From the NCBI GenBank assembly GCA_049643885.1, contig JBARQV010000025.1, positions 7,382 to 71,381 on the forward strand: DNA of 64,000 nucleotides, read 5' to 3'. The notes beneath the pieces were generated by a model. It searched no databases and was not told the DNA's origin. It saw only the letters and a list, made by a program, of their open reading frames with translations. A program made the translations under genes and the position numbers. Each line of letters opens with the position of its first letter. Positions within the stretch are counted from its first letter, which is position 1. Source of the DNA: Candidatus Omnitrophota bacterium. Lineage in GTDB: Bacteria > Omnitrophota > Gorgyraeia > Tantalellales > Tantalellaceae. Below are positions 19,584 through 29,519 of this stretch, piece by piece.

Positions 19584-20183
19584 TTACATCTTGGAGTTCT
19601 TACTTAAACACTTGCGGATAAAAACCTTCGCAAGCTCTTTCTCTAATATAGGTTTACTCTCCTCTTCGGTCATCTTGGGCTCGGTTACATCCGCTGAGAC
19701 CTCTCTCCCCCAGATGATCGTCCTGCTCCTGAACCGTCCAAGTTCCGAATGGATATTGCTATTTGGGCCTTCCTTCACGGTCATGATAGCCTGGATCCGG
19801 CCGTAATCATCGTCCCTTGCGGCATCGATAACCCAGCTGGCGTAACCCGGCGGCAAGTGGTCCGAATCTATGGGGTCATGGTCGGCCCATACCCTTTCAA
19901 CGATATCGGTGGTAATAATGAAGTCTGCGTCATTTTCACTGCGGACGATCTTGAAATTCAAGGTCTGTCTCCCTTCGAGTGCGTCCTCAAGTTCCCTTTT
20001 AATCCCTTTAAGCATATCTCCTGCCGCCCCGGATGAATCGGTGGGGTCGACCACGTAAACCCTGATCTCCTGCACATCCCAAAGCTTGGCGTATAGGTTC
20101 TCCTTCTGGCACGCGCCTTCTTGGGGAAAGATCAGCATAAACGCCATGCTCATAACTATCACTATTCCCAGCGCCTTTTTCAT
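19584..20183 (-). CDS. Hypothetical secreted/lipoprotein
   Basis: Signal peptide with a Cys at about position 25 (FPQEGAC). No recognisable domain. Confidence 0.45.
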   Translation of the reverse strand: MKKALGIVIVMSMAFMLIFPQEGACQKENLYAKLWDVQEIRVYVVDPTDSSGAAGDMLKGIKRELEDALEGRQTLNFKIVRSENDADFIITTDIVERVWADHDPIDSDHLPPGYASWVIDAARDDDYGRIQAIMTVKEGPNSNIHSELGRFRSRTIIWGREVSADVTEPKMTEEESKPILEKELAKVFIRKCLSKNSKM

Positions 20184-20206
20184 GATCTTCTCCTTTCTGG
20201 TCCTGT

Positions 20207-21856
20207 CTACTCCCTTTCAAGTTCCTGCTGTCTGAGAAGCACTTCCTTTGTAATATAGTCCATGACCTTTTGATAGCCAAGTTGACCGACCAGTTTCTTA
20301 GAATCCTTACTTTCAAGAACGGGTATATAATCCACTTTCTTTGCTTTGAACATTTCGATCGCTTCGCTGAGGTCCTGGCCAAGATACGAGAAAGCATCTA
20401 TTTCCGTTACGATGTCACCCGCCAGGACCAGAAGATCCATTTGCTCCTCGTAAAACGTATCGCGTATTTCTCCCAGGGAGGTGATCCCTAAAAATCTACC
20501 GTCCATTGAAACGACCGGGAAAGTATACGCGTCGCTTTTTTTCATCGTTTCTATTACCTGGTGAATATTGTTGTTCTCTTTTATGACAATAAAATCCCTT
20601 TCCATTACGTCATCGACCTTATGGGTCCCGATTATGTCTTCCTCCGTCACGTCCCTGTACATCTCGTCGGCCTTCTTTATGCCATGCTTTATCATCGGAG
20701 GGGCGACGAGCTGCAGCAAAAAGGTCGTGGCGGTGATAACGTTCAATATAAGAAGGCCCACCGCCTGGAGCTCGCTGCCCATAAGGCTGAACCTGCTATA
20801 TGTTGCAAGGGCCAGACCAACGGCGACTCCTGCCTGATCAAAGAGGCAAAAACCCGTATATTTCGTCACCGTTTCTTTTGCCCTGGAAAGCAGACCCCCG
20901 ATATAGGCTCCGGCCATTTTCCCCACACTCCTGCAGGCTACATAAACTACGACCAGAAGGAGAAGTCCTGTCCTCATGACTAAGCCCGCGTCCAGCTGAG
21001 CGCCGATAAGCACGAAAAATAGTATAAAGATGGGAACACTGAATTTTTTCATCATTTCGAACATCTCGTACTCTCTGGAAGCCGTCTTAGACTTAAGATT
21101 GGCGGCAACGGTGCCCAGGACCATAGAGGCCAGTATGAAATCGACCTTCAGGAACATCGAGAACCCGACCACGATGATTATTATACCGAGAGTGTACGGC
21201 AGCACGCGCTCCCTGTCCCTCGTCCCGAATAATATCCTGTGCAGCATATGCCCGCCGGCCAGGCCTATCAGAACCGATACGGCAATCTCAAAAACAGGCA
21301 CGAATATTGCCGCCGCGAACGATATCCCCTCCCGCATGATCAGCGACCTGGCAAAGGCGCTGGCGAAACCGTAAATGATGAGGGCAAGGGCGTCATCAAG
21401 GGCGACTATGGAAAACGTGGTCATCGTCACCGGACCTCTTGCCTTGTACTCCTTCAGGACGTTGTACGTTGCCGCCGGCGCCGTGGCCGACGAAAGCGCA
21501 CCCAGGATGAGGCCCATGTAAAGTTTCTTTGTGAGAAGCGTAACGCCGACTGCAACAAGGAAGAAAGTAAAAAAGGCTTCCGCGAAAAGTATGGTATATA
21601 TAGACTTGCTGTATTTTTTAAAGCGGTCGAGATTTATCTCTGCCCCTATCAGAAATCCTATGATGCCGAGGGCCAGGTTTATAAGCGGGTTAAAAGATTC
21701 GAGTACGGGTCCGCTTAAAAACCCGTTAAAAGACCTCCCGAAAAGAACGCCTATGATTATATACCCCATGACCCGCGGGAGGTTCATCTTCTCGAATATC
21801 CTGCCGCCCACGGTGCCGAGCAATATGATGATCCCTATGACCAGTAATACGTTCAC
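20207..21856 (-). CDS. Cation:proton antiporter (CPA/Kef-type) with C-terminal CBS pair
   Basis: About 11 TM segments (Na+/H+ exchanger-like) followed by two CBS-like repeats (DVMERDFIVIKENNNIHQVIETM ... FPVVS.DGRFLGITS). Confidence 0.7.
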   Translation of the reverse strand: MNVLLVIGIIILLGTVGGRIFEKMNLPRVMGYIIIGVLFGRSFNGFLSGPVLESFNPLINLALGIIGFLIGAEINLDRFKKYSKSIYTILFAEAFFTFFLVAVGVTLLTKKLYMGLILGALSSATAPAATYNVLKEYKARGPVTMTTFSIVALDDALALIIYGFASAFARSLIMREGISFAAAIFVPVFEIAVSVLIGLAGGHMLHRILFGTRDRERVLPYTLGIIIIVVGFSMFLKVDFILASMVLGTVAANLKSKTASREYEMFEMMKKFSVPIFILFFVLIGAQLDAGLVMRTGLLLLVVVYVACRSVGKMAGAYIGGLLSRAKETVTKYTGFCLFDQAGVAVGLALATYSRFSLMGSELQAVGLLILNVITATTFLLQLVAPPMIKHGIKKADEMYRDVTEEDIIGTHKVDDVMERDFIVIKENNNIHQVIETMKKSDAYTFPVVSMDGRFLGITSLGEIRDTFYEEQMDLLVLAGDIVTEIDAFSYLGQDLSEAIEMFKAKKVDYIPVLESKDSKKLVGQLGYQKVMDYITKEVLLRQQELERE

Positions 21857-21857
21857 A

Positions 21858-24281
21858 CTATTTTCCTTTTTTCTTTCTTGACCTTGCGCCCTTGGCTCCT
21901 TTAGCGCTCATCTTCTTCGAATACTCATTGAGCTTCTTAGCAGTAAGGTAATAAATCGTCCCGCGGGAATATCTGCCCTTGGCGTCCATCTTGCCGGCTT
22001 TTTCCCCGGTAAGGATCTCGATACCCTCATCGATAGTGGATACCGGCCATATATGGAATTTTCCTTTTTTCACGGCATCGATCACTTCGTCTTTGAGCAT
22101 AAGATGCTTTACATTCGAACTGGGAATTATGACACCCTGCTTTCCGGTAAGGCCCTTGACCTTGCAGGCATGGTAAAAACCTTCGATCTTCTCGTTTACG
22201 CCTCCTATGGGTTGCACCATGCCGTGCTGGTTCATCGAGCCGGTGACCGCTATGTACTGCTTAATAGGAACGCCGGAAAGCGAAGAAAGAAGGCAATATG
22301 CCTCGGTACTCGAAGCGCTGTCTCCCTCCACTCCGTCATAAGACTGCTCGAAACAGATACTCGCGCTGAGGCTCAACGGGACATCCTGTGCGAACTTCTC
22401 TCCCAGATACCCGCTCAATATCAATACCCCTTTGGAATGAATATTTCCGCCCATCTTTACCTGTCTTTCTATATCGACTACACCGGTTTTTCCCATAAAA
22501 GTCCGGGCGGTTATGCGGGAGGGTTTTCCGAACATGTATTCGCCGATATCAATGACAGCCAGGCCGTTGACCTGCCCGACCCGGGACCCGTCCACGTCGA
22601 TCATCAGGATATTCTTGTTTATCAGTTCGATGATCTTTTCCTCTATCATGTTGGAACGGTATATCTTCTCCTGCAGGGCTTTTTCCATGTGTCTGGACTC
22701 GACATACTGGGCATGGTCCTTCCCCGCCCAGTAATTCGCTTCTCTCAGGATGTCCGCGATATACATGAATCTCGCGCTGAGCTTTTCCTGGTCGCCCCTG
22801 ATCCGGGAACCATACTCCACTATTTTAGCTACCGCATCGCTTGTAAAATGACGCAGGTTCTCCTCTTCACATCTCACCTTGACAAAAGCCGAGTATTTAT
22901 TTATCTTATCCAAGTCTCTGTCCATTTCGGTATCGAAATCGGCCTTTATCTTGAACATCTTCCGGAAATCCTCATCATATTTGTAAAGAATCTGGTAAAG
23001 CCACGGCGGGCCGACCATTATGATCTTTATGTCGCAAAGAATAGGTTTGGGCTTCAAGCCCGTAGTGGATATAAGCCGGATCTGCTCATTTATATCCTCT
23101 ACCTTTATCTCGCGATTACTGATAACTCTCTTCAGCGCATCCCATGACATGAAGTTCTTCAGAACGTCCATGGCCTGAAGTATCAGATACCCGCCATTTG
23201 CCTTGTGCAGGGCACCGGGACCGATCATTGTAAAATTCGTTGTCATGGAGCCGAAGTAGGAAGCGTACTCTATCCTTCCCACCAGATTGTAATAAGTCGG
23301 GTTCGGCTCCTTTACGACCGGGGCCCCTTCAGAGTGACGGTGGTCCACAAGAAGATTTACCTGGTACTTTATAAAAGCGTTTTTTTTCGGAGCGCCTTTT
23401 ACACCGAACAGCGCACCGGCGGCCTCCTCCTCCTCCTCCTTGAAGATATCAATATTGTCCACGATGTCTTCCTGGACAAGGTCAAGGTGGTGAACGATAT
23501 TATCAAATTCCCGGTACTTAAAACGCAGCTCATCGATCATGTGCTTGACTGAGAAAAGCGCGACCTCTTTCTCGAGTTCCTTGATCATATTCTTGGCATC
23601 CTTTTCCATGGACCTGACTTCGCTTAAGACCTGCTCGATGTTGATGTGCATCTCGTGTTTCCTTTTTTCGAGCTTTTCCCTTTCCGTGTCTGGAAGCTTG
23701 GAGTATTCTTCGTCGGTCAGGGGCCGGCCCCCGCTGCGGGGGACAAGGATGACTCCGGTAGCGGACTGCTTCAATACAAAGCCCGCTTCAAACGCCTTTT
23801 CCTCGATGTCCTGCAGGGCAGCATCTCTTTTTTTCTTGTACTGCCGTAAAAAATCGTGCTTCCTTTTTTCGTAATCTTCGCTCTCAAAAGCTTTCTGGAT
23901 CTCCACTTTCAGGTCGTTTATCAACTCTTCCATATCCTTCTTGAATATTCTTCCTCTTCCCGCCGGCAGGCTTATCGCTACCGGTTCGTCCTCATTGATG
24001 AAATTATTCACGTATATCCAGTCGCTGGGCGGTTTTTGGGTGGCGGCGATCTCGTTAACGGCTTTGTTCACCTGGGTATTGCGGCCTGTCCCTGTCGCTC
24101 CGCAGACAAATATGTTATACCCGTCGGATTTGATGTTCAGGCCGAAATCGATAGCGCTGACACCTCTCTCCTGGTGGAGAGGCTCCTGTTCGAACATATA
24201 ATCCTCGGTAGTCTTGAACGTGAACATGGAAGGATCGCAAACGTTCCTCAGGTCTTTCGGTTTCAACTCCCTAACGGCCAT
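21858..24281 (-). CDS. Lon-like ATP-dependent protease (COG1067/LonC-type: AAA+ N-domain plus S16 Ser-Lys protease domain)
   Basis: N-terminal P-loop region (VCGATGTGRN), a long helical middle and a C-terminal Lon protease domain (AVTGSMNQHGMVQPIGGVNEKIEG, Ser...Lys dyad). Confidence 0.7.
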   Translation of the reverse strand: MAVRELKPKDLRNVCDPSMFTFKTTEDYMFEQEPLHQERGVSAIDFGLNIKSDGYNIFVCGATGTGRNTQVNKAVNEIAATQKPPSDWIYVNNFINEDEPVAISLPAGRGRIFKKDMEELINDLKVEIQKAFESEDYEKRKHDFLRQYKKKRDAALQDIEEKAFEAGFVLKQSATGVILVPRSGGRPLTDEEYSKLPDTEREKLEKRKHEMHINIEQVLSEVRSMEKDAKNMIKELEKEVALFSVKHMIDELRFKYREFDNIVHHLDLVQEDIVDNIDIFKEEEEEAAGALFGVKGAPKKNAFIKYQVNLLVDHRHSEGAPVVKEPNPTYYNLVGRIEYASYFGSMTTNFTMIGPGALHKANGGYLILQAMDVLKNFMSWDALKRVISNREIKVEDINEQIRLISTTGLKPKPILCDIKIIMVGPPWLYQILYKYDEDFRKMFKIKADFDTEMDRDLDKINKYSAFVKVRCEEENLRHFTSDAVAKIVEYGSRIRGDQEKLSARFMYIADILREANYWAGKDHAQYVESRHMEKALQEKIYRSNMIEEKIIELINKNILMIDVDGSRVGQVNGLAVIDIGEYMFGKPSRITARTFMGKTGVVDIERQVKMGGNIHSKGVLILSGYLGEKFAQDVPLSLSASICFEQSYDGVEGDSASSTEAYCLLSSLSGVPIKQYIAVTGSMNQHGMVQPIGGVNEKIEGFYHACKVKGLTGKQGVIIPSSNVKHLMLKDEVIDAVKKGKFHIWPVSTIDEGIEILTGEKAGKMDAKGRYSRGTIYYLTAKKLNEYSKKMSAKGAKGARSRKKKGK

Positions 24282-24297
24282 CTCTCTTCTCCTTTTT

Positions 24298-24483
24298 TTA
24301 TATCTTCATGAAAAAATCTATGAAAGGATCGTCAACCTGGCGGGCGGTTTTCTTGTACCTGTAACTCGCCGCGCACAGGATGGACCCTGCAAAAATAAGC
24401 AGCACCGCCACTATCAATGATAAAAGCGGCGGATATAAAGCTATCAAAATGCCGCATATGATCAAAATAATCCCCATCAACAT
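24298..24483 (-). CDS. Small 2-TM membrane protein
   Basis: 61 aa, two hydrophobic helices. Confidence 0.3.
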   Translation of the reverse strand: MLMGIILIICGILIALYPPLLSLIVAVLLIFAGSILCAASYRYKKTARQVDDPFIDFFMKI

Positions 24484-24549
24484 AACTTTCTCCTCCTATT
24501 TATATAAGTAAAAATTACCTCATCACCGTCCCTAAGTCAAGACCGGCAT

Positions 24550-25509
24550 TTATCCCCCATAAAGCAGATCGAACAACGCCAACCATAGCGGGATACTGAA
24601 AATCGCTACCAGATGCGTGTAAAATATTATTCCGCTTAAAAATTTATTATCCGCTCCCGTATAACTGCCGATGACCACAAGGGATACCGCTGTAGGCATG
24701 ACGGCCTGGAGAAAAAGAAAAAACCTGTAATCGAGTCCGAGCGGGACCCATCTTATAAGGAGCAAGACAATGGCCGGGAAAATAACAAGTTTTGCCGCTA
24801 GCCCTGCCATGATCGGTATACCGTTTTCATGGCTGTACGCGCGGTACTTGTGCAGATACGCGCCTAGGGTCAACATGGCCACCGGAAACGCGGCAAGGCC
24901 CAATTGCCTGACTGGGTCCATGACCAGCGCGGGCACCGTCCCCTTCCCGAAAAACGCGACCCATAAGAGTGAAAATACCGTTACCAAGACCGGAGGGTTC
25001 AACAGGACACGCGGCCTGAACCCTTCCTTCATCTTCCCGGTAAGAAAAAGAGGTACAAGTGACCACATCAGGACATTGAACCCGATCATGAACATGAACA
25101 TATGTACCAACAGCCTGTCGGCGATGATCCCGGTAAAGGAAAACAAGATGAGGTTCATGGGCAAATACCCGCAGTTCTGGAATCCGCACGCACACATGAA
25201 TTCCTTTTTGGAACCGAAGTTTTTCAGGAAAGCGAATAATACCCATCCTATTGCCATGCCTGCCAGACAAAAAACGATCGCACAGAGCGGAAGAAACCAC
25301 CAGTAGGCATATTCCGTAAAACTGAAGTGAGTGATCGTCTTGGACATGATGAGCGCCGGGAATATCAGGTATACGAGAAGCCGGCTCAAAGTATCGACGA
25401 ACTCGTCACTGATGAATTTCATGCGATGGAGAATGTACCCGGCGAGCGTCAATATGAAAAGCTTGCCTATCGCTAAAACTATCACGTTGAAAGAAAGATT
25501 CAATCCCAT
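24550..25509 (-). CDS. AEC-family (auxin efflux carrier-like) membrane transporter
   Basis: About 10 TM segments and an N-terminal region typical of AEC/malate permease-type carriers. Confidence 0.7.
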   Translation of the reverse strand: MGLNLSFNVIVLAIGKLFILTLAGYILHRMKFISDEFVDTLSRLLVYLIFPALIMSKTITHFSFTEYAYWWFLPLCAIVFCLAGMAIGWVLFAFLKNFGSKKEFMCACGFQNCGYLPMNLILFSFTGIIADRLLVHMFMFMIGFNVLMWSLVPLFLTGKMKEGFRPRVLLNPPVLVTVFSLLWVAFFGKGTVPALVMDPVRQLGLAAFPVAMLTLGAYLHKYRAYSHENGIPIMAGLAAKLVIFPAIVLLLIRWVPLGLDYRFFLFLQAVMPTAVSLVVIGSYTGADNKFLSGIIFYTHLVAIFSIPLWLALFDLLYGG

Positions 25510-25532
25510 ATTCGTCGGTTGTCGGTCGTCGG

Positions 25533-26822
25533 TTAATTTCCCGGCTTACCCAGTAATTTGAACATCTTGCGCTTGTACGCCTCGACCCCGGGCTGATCAA
25601 AAGGATTTACCCCTAAGAGGTAACCTGATATCGCCACAGCTTTTTCGAAGAAATAAAACAGCTGCCCCATGCAGAATGGGGACCTCTCGGGGATAAAAAC
25701 GGTGGAATTGGGCACCCCTCCTTCAAAATGAGCGCCCGCTGTCGCTTCATAGGCTTTCCTGTTAACGAAACCTAACTGTTTACCCGAAATATAATTCAAA
25801 TTATCGATATCATCTTTATACTCAGGGATAGGGATATCGCTTTTCTCTTTTTCCACGACAAGAAAAGTCTCGATGATATTCCTCTCACCTTGCTGGATCA
25901 GCTGGCCCATGGAATGAAGGTCGGCAGTAAAATCGCAAGACGCCGGGTAAAACCCCTTTTCGCCTTTACCTTCGCTTTCACCGAAAAGCTGCTTCCACCA
26001 CTCAGCGAAATAATGAAGCCTGTAATCAAAGTTCGAGAGGATCTCGATCCTTTTTCCTTTCCTGTAAAGAATATTCCTGATGGCCGCGTATTTATAACTG
26101 GCGTTCCCTTCAAGAGCGCATTCCAGGGTCTTCCGGCTCTGGTCCTTTGCGCCGGCAAGAAGGTCGCGGATGTTTATACCGGCGCAGGCTATCGGAAAAA
26201 GCCCGACCGGTGTCAGGACTGAATACCTGCCCCCGACATCTTCGGGGATCGCAAAAACCCTGTACCCGCGAGCATCAGCTATAGCCTTGAGCGCCCCTTT
26301 TTCTTTATCCGTCGTGCATACGATCCTGTCCTTTATCTTTTCAGGCCCGTATTTCTTTTTCATAAAATTTTCTACTATCCTGAAAGCGATACTGGGTTCC
26401 TTGGTAGTCCCGGACTTAGAGATTACATTGACGCTTACGTCCCTATCCTTTAAATATTCCAATAGACCGTTCAAATATTCTCCGGATAGATTGTGCCCCG
26501 CGTAAAAAATCTTTTTTCTGTCAAACTCCGGCGAAACCGCTTCGATAACGGCCCTGGCACCCAGATACGATCCCCCTATCCCGATCACGATCACAGCGTC
26601 TGAATCGCATTTAAATTTTGATGCGGCTTCTTCAATGTCCTGGATGAGATCCTGTCCTGTCTTTTCCGGCAGATCCATCCATCCCAAAAGATCGCTCCCG
26701 GCGCCGCTTTTGTTCTCAAGCGACGCGTGGGCTTTTTTTACTTCCGGCAAGATCTGCTCCAGATCACTTTCGGCTACAAATCCCTCCATATATTTCGTAT
26801 CAAAAACCAGATCTTTGCTCAT
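25533..26822 (-). CDS. pgi: Glucose-6-phosphate isomerase
   Basis: VIGIGGSYLGARAV, the SIS domains and GGRYSV.TPVGL motifs at a length of about 430 aa. Confidence 0.85.
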   Translation of the reverse strand: MSKDLVFDTKYMEGFVAESDLEQILPEVKKAHASLENKSGAGSDLLGWMDLPEKTGQDLIQDIEEAASKFKCDSDAVIVIGIGGSYLGARAVIEAVSPEFDRKKIFYAGHNLSGEYLNGLLEYLKDRDVSVNVISKSGTTKEPSIAFRIVENFMKKKYGPEKIKDRIVCTTDKEKGALKAIADARGYRVFAIPEDVGGRYSVLTPVGLFPIACAGINIRDLLAGAKDQSRKTLECALEGNASYKYAAIRNILYRKGKRIEILSNFDYRLHYFAEWWKQLFGESEGKGEKGFYPASCDFTADLHSMGQLIQQGERNIIETFLVVEKEKSDIPIPEYKDDIDNLNYISGKQLGFVNRKAYEATAGAHFEGGVPNSTVFIPERSPFCMGQLFYFFEKAVAISGYLLGVNPFDQPGVEAYKRKMFKLLGKPGN

Positions 26823-26874
26823 GTTTAACTCCTGCTTCGTCGTTCGTATTGCACATTACCCGCCAATTCAGAAG

Positions 26875-26973
26875 TATGTCATCCCGGACGAGCCCAAAGG
26901 GCTCGATCCGGGACCACATAATATTATTATATGATCCCGGGTCTCGGCCTGCGGCCTCGCCCGGGATAACACT
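26875..26973. repeat. REP/MITE-like element, family A (copy A1)
   Basis: tatgtcatcccggaCGAGCCCAAAGGGCTCGatccgggaccacataatattattatatgatcccgggtctcggcctgcggcctcgcccgggataacac. It has two hairpin modules and degenerate terminal inverted repeats (atgtcatcccgg / ccgggat.ac). Confidence 0.7.
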
Positions 26974-26975
26974 TT

Positions 26976-27764
26976 TTACTCCCCGCTCCTATAACTCCTG
27001 AACACATTATAAAACCCCGAGAGCTTTGCCCTGAAATGAAAAGGTTTATTCATATCGGAATCCGTTATTTTTATCCGGTTCAGTTCATATACGTCCCGGT
27101 TGAGCCGGTCAAATCCCCTGTTCGTCGCGCAGGCCCCTTTATAACCCGCCTTCTTCACCGCCCGCTTGACCTTTTCATTGAACCCCCCGGTAGGATAACA
27201 GAAATACAAGACCTTTCCTCCCGTCTGGGCCTCTATGTCTTCTTTTGAACCGGCTACCTCGCTCCAGAGCGTGTTTTCATCATCTACTGAAGGGAGATAA
27301 ACGTTATTCCTGGTATGGCCCCCGAACCCTATGCCGCTCTTTCCCATCAAACGTACCTGGTCCCAGTTCAGATATCCTTTTTTAGCGTTTACATACCCGG
27401 TGACGAGAAAAATGGTCGCCGGCATACCGTATTTTTCAAGGACAGGAAAAGCATTGGTAAAATTATCTTCATACCCGTCATCAAATGTTATCACTACGGT
27501 CCTGGGCAGGAAGGTCCTCCTGTCTTTTATCTTTTCGACCAATTCATCCAGGGAAATGAGCATATACCCGTTATTTTTTAAAAAGGCCATTTGCCGCGCA
27601 AAGTTATCCGGCGTAACACTGAGGGTGTTCTCCCTGTCCTCTCTTACCGAATGGTACATAAGTATCGGGGTCACCCTCCTCGGCCGCATATAGAAGGCGT
27701 AGAACAAAACCGCGGCGAGAAACAAGGTTAAAAAAACAAATAATGATCTTCTAAAAATTTTCAT
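26976..27764 (-). CDS. Polysaccharide deacetylase (NodB-homology domain)
   Basis: N-terminal TM, then ILMYHSV and VITFDDGY..N NodB motifs. Confidence 0.8.
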   Translation of the reverse strand: MKIFRRSLFVFLTLFLAAVLFYAFYMRPRRVTPILMYHSVREDRENTLSVTPDNFARQMAFLKNNGYMLISLDELVEKIKDRRTFLPRTVVITFDDGYEDNFTNAFPVLEKYGMPATIFLVTGYVNAKKGYLNWDQVRLMGKSGIGFGGHTRNNVYLPSVDDENTLWSEVAGSKEDIEAQTGGKVLYFCYPTGGFNEKVKRAVKKAGYKGACATNRGFDRLNRDVYELNRIKITDSDMNKPFHFRAKLSGFYNVFRSYRSGE

Positions 27765-27886
27765 TTTTTATATTTGTAATTTGGGATTTATTATTTGTTA
27801 ATTACAGTCCGACCCCTCAAGAAGCCTGCCCATGGGACCCGGCCTCGCGGAGGGGTCGGAAAATCGAAAATATAAGGAACTCGCCT

Positions 27887-28072
27887 TTATGAAACAGTTA
27901 TGGCGTCAACCGGACATTGTTCGGCACCATTCGTAGCTTCTTCGACTTTTTCACCCGGGACTTCATTGACTATTGCCACGGCTTTATCGCCCTGCATCTC
28001 ATAAATATCAGGGGCAACCTGTGCGCACAAACCGCAACCAATACATTTTTCCTGGTCTACAACAGCTCTCAT
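27887..28072 (-). CDS. Small [4Fe-4S]/[3Fe-4S] ferredoxin
   Basis: 61 aa with CIGCGLCAQVAP plus a distal CP motif, a single-cluster ferredoxin. Confidence 0.75.
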   Translation of the reverse strand: MRAVVDQEKCIGCGLCAQVAPDIYEMQGDKAVAIVNEVPGEKVEEATNGAEQCPVDAITVS

Positions 28073-28239
28073 CGTACTACTCCTCCTTTTCTCTTCAATA
28101 TAGAGGTTACAATATTAATTGCATATATTATACATTATTGATATTTTTTATCAAGTTTTGAAAGAAAATGAGGGAAAATGGTGTCTATAAGTATGGGAGA
28201 AATTAGAAATTGGATAGTGGATCCGTCAGGGCGGGTGGC

Positions 28240-28386
28240 GCTACAGTGTCCGAGCACCGCACAAGCCAGTAGCGCGGAGGGGCCCTGGTAGAGAACATAC
28301 TGCAAGCTGAGGAGTGTGGTGTGTTCCCGTACAGGGAGGATCCACACCGGGCGGAGGGGCCCTGGTAGAGAACACACCACACTCCT
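28240..28386. repeat. Family B palindromic element, copy B3 (inverted orientation, partially duplicated)
   Basis: The core ggcggaggggccctggtagagaaca occurs twice (28265-28290 and 28350-28376) flanking gttcccgtacagggaggatccacaccgg, which is the reverse complement of the B1 and B2 core. The outer stem is a different sequence (ggagtgtggtgtgttccc / gagaacacaccacactcc) but still pairs. Confidence 0.65.
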
Positions 28387-28396
28387 AAACTTGTAA

Positions 28397-29062
28397 ATGG
28401 ATGTTAAATCTTGGATACATAATGGGGTCAATGTTATTTTTCCGGCAAGGTGCACGGTCTGCAAAACCGCTCCGGTTCCCTATCCCCTGCCGGTCTGCGA
28501 AAATTGCAAAAATTTCCTTCTTTCAGAAAAAATGCTGCCTTCCGTATCTTCCGCGTTACTTGTGGAAATATGGTCGTGCCTGCCGTATGAAGGGACGATC
28601 AGGGAATTTATTAAAAAATTCAAATACTCGGGACAAAGGCAGTTAACGAGTTTTTTCAGCGACCTGGTACGTCGATTTCTCAAGGAAAATAATATACCGA
28701 AAGAGGATATCGACCTTATCGTGCCTATACCTATCCACCTGGCCCGGCGCGTATCAAGAGGATATAACCAATCTGAGATCATAGCCAGGATCCTGTCAGA
28801 TCTCTTAAATGCCCCTTTCTCCAATAACGTTCTGATCAAAACAAAAAATACGCACCCACAGATCGGACTTTCAAGAAATAGCAGGATCAAAAATCTACGC
28901 GGTTCTTTCCGGGTACCGCGCCTGTCGCCGGTCATCGGGAAATCTGTAATGTTGGCAGATGACGTGGTAACGACCGGGGCTACCCTGGAGGCTTGCGCCG
29001 CGGAACTGCTCCGCGCCGGAGCCAAGGAGGTCCGCGCATTCACGCTCGCCCGCACATTGTAA
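28397..29062 (+). CDS. comF: ComF-family phosphoribosyltransferase-domain protein
   Basis: N-terminal CxxC-x-CxxC zinc ribbon (CTVCK...CENCKN) and a C-terminal PRTase motif VMLADDVVTTGATL. Confidence 0.8.
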   Translation: MDVKSWIHNGVNVIFPARCTVCKTAPVPYPLPVCENCKNFLLSEKMLPSVSSALLVEIWSCLPYEGTIREFIKKFKYSGQRQLTSFFSDLVRRFLKENNIPKEDIDLIVPIPIHLARRVSRGYNQSEIIARILSDLLNAPFSNNVLIKTKNTHPQIGLSRNSRIKNLRGSFRVPRLSPVIGKSVMLADDVVTTGATLEACAAELLRAGAKEVRAFTLARTL

Positions 29063-29104
29063 AGTATCAGAGTGTCAGAAAATATCCGATTCACCGTTGT
29101 TTTC

Positions 29105-29162
29105 TAAAATGTTTGTCCTGTTTTTACAGGGGACGTTCATTTCCTCCACCGAAGAAGTAAAG
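29105..29162. repeat. Family D element, truncated copy D3 (left arm and start of core only)
   Basis: taaaatgtttgtcctgtttttacaggggacgttcatttcctccaccgaag matches the D2 left arm and the start of its core. It is interrupted by the family B copy that follows. Confidence 0.5.
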
Positions 29163-29244
29163 ATTGCAGTGCAGCATATTCCCTACCAGGGCCCCTCCGC
29201 CCGGTGTGGATCCTCCCTGTACGGGAACATGCTGCACTGCGCAA
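29163..29244. repeat. Family B palindromic element, copy B2
   Basis: ttgcagtgcagcatattccctaccagggcccctccgcccggtgtggatcctccctgtacgggaacatgctgcactgcgcaa. The core is identical to B1 and the outer stem pairs. Confidence 0.7.
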
Positions 29245-29261
29245 CTTACATCCGAACTAAA

Positions 29262-29479
29262 AACAGCTCCACAAAAACAATAAAATCAAAGGGACCCATT
29301 GCCAAATTTTAGGTATTTTTATAACTTTTGAAGGAAAAAAGCGTAAAAGCTGTCCGAGCCCTTTTTGTTTTCTTCCGGAAGAAAACAAAAAGGTCGAGTT
29401 CTTTTACGCCCTTCGAAAGTTAGAAAAATACCGTTAAAAAATTTGGTTGGGAAGGTTTTATTGTTTTTGTGGAGCTGTT
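29262..29479. repeat. Family C long palindrome, copy C2
   Basis: Arms aacagctccacaaaaacaataaaa ... ttttattgtttttgtggagctgtt pair perfectly. The internal sequence is about 85% identical to C1, but the terminal arms and the central hairpin (ctttttgttttcttccggaagaaaacaaaaag) carry different sequences that keep the pairing. Confidence 0.7.
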
Positions 29480-29519
29480 TATTGCGCCAAAGAAGACGAG
29501 CGACGAACGACGACTAAGG

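Noticed and set aside
22053-23147. 364-aa plus-strand ORF
   Set aside because: Antisense shadow of the Lon-like protease gene, with no supporting motif.
27805-27860. Hairpin ccgacccct...aggggtcgg downstream of the ferredoxin gene, considered as terminator
   Set aside because: It has a 9-bp stem but a 33-nt loop and no trailing U-tract. Too weak to annotate.
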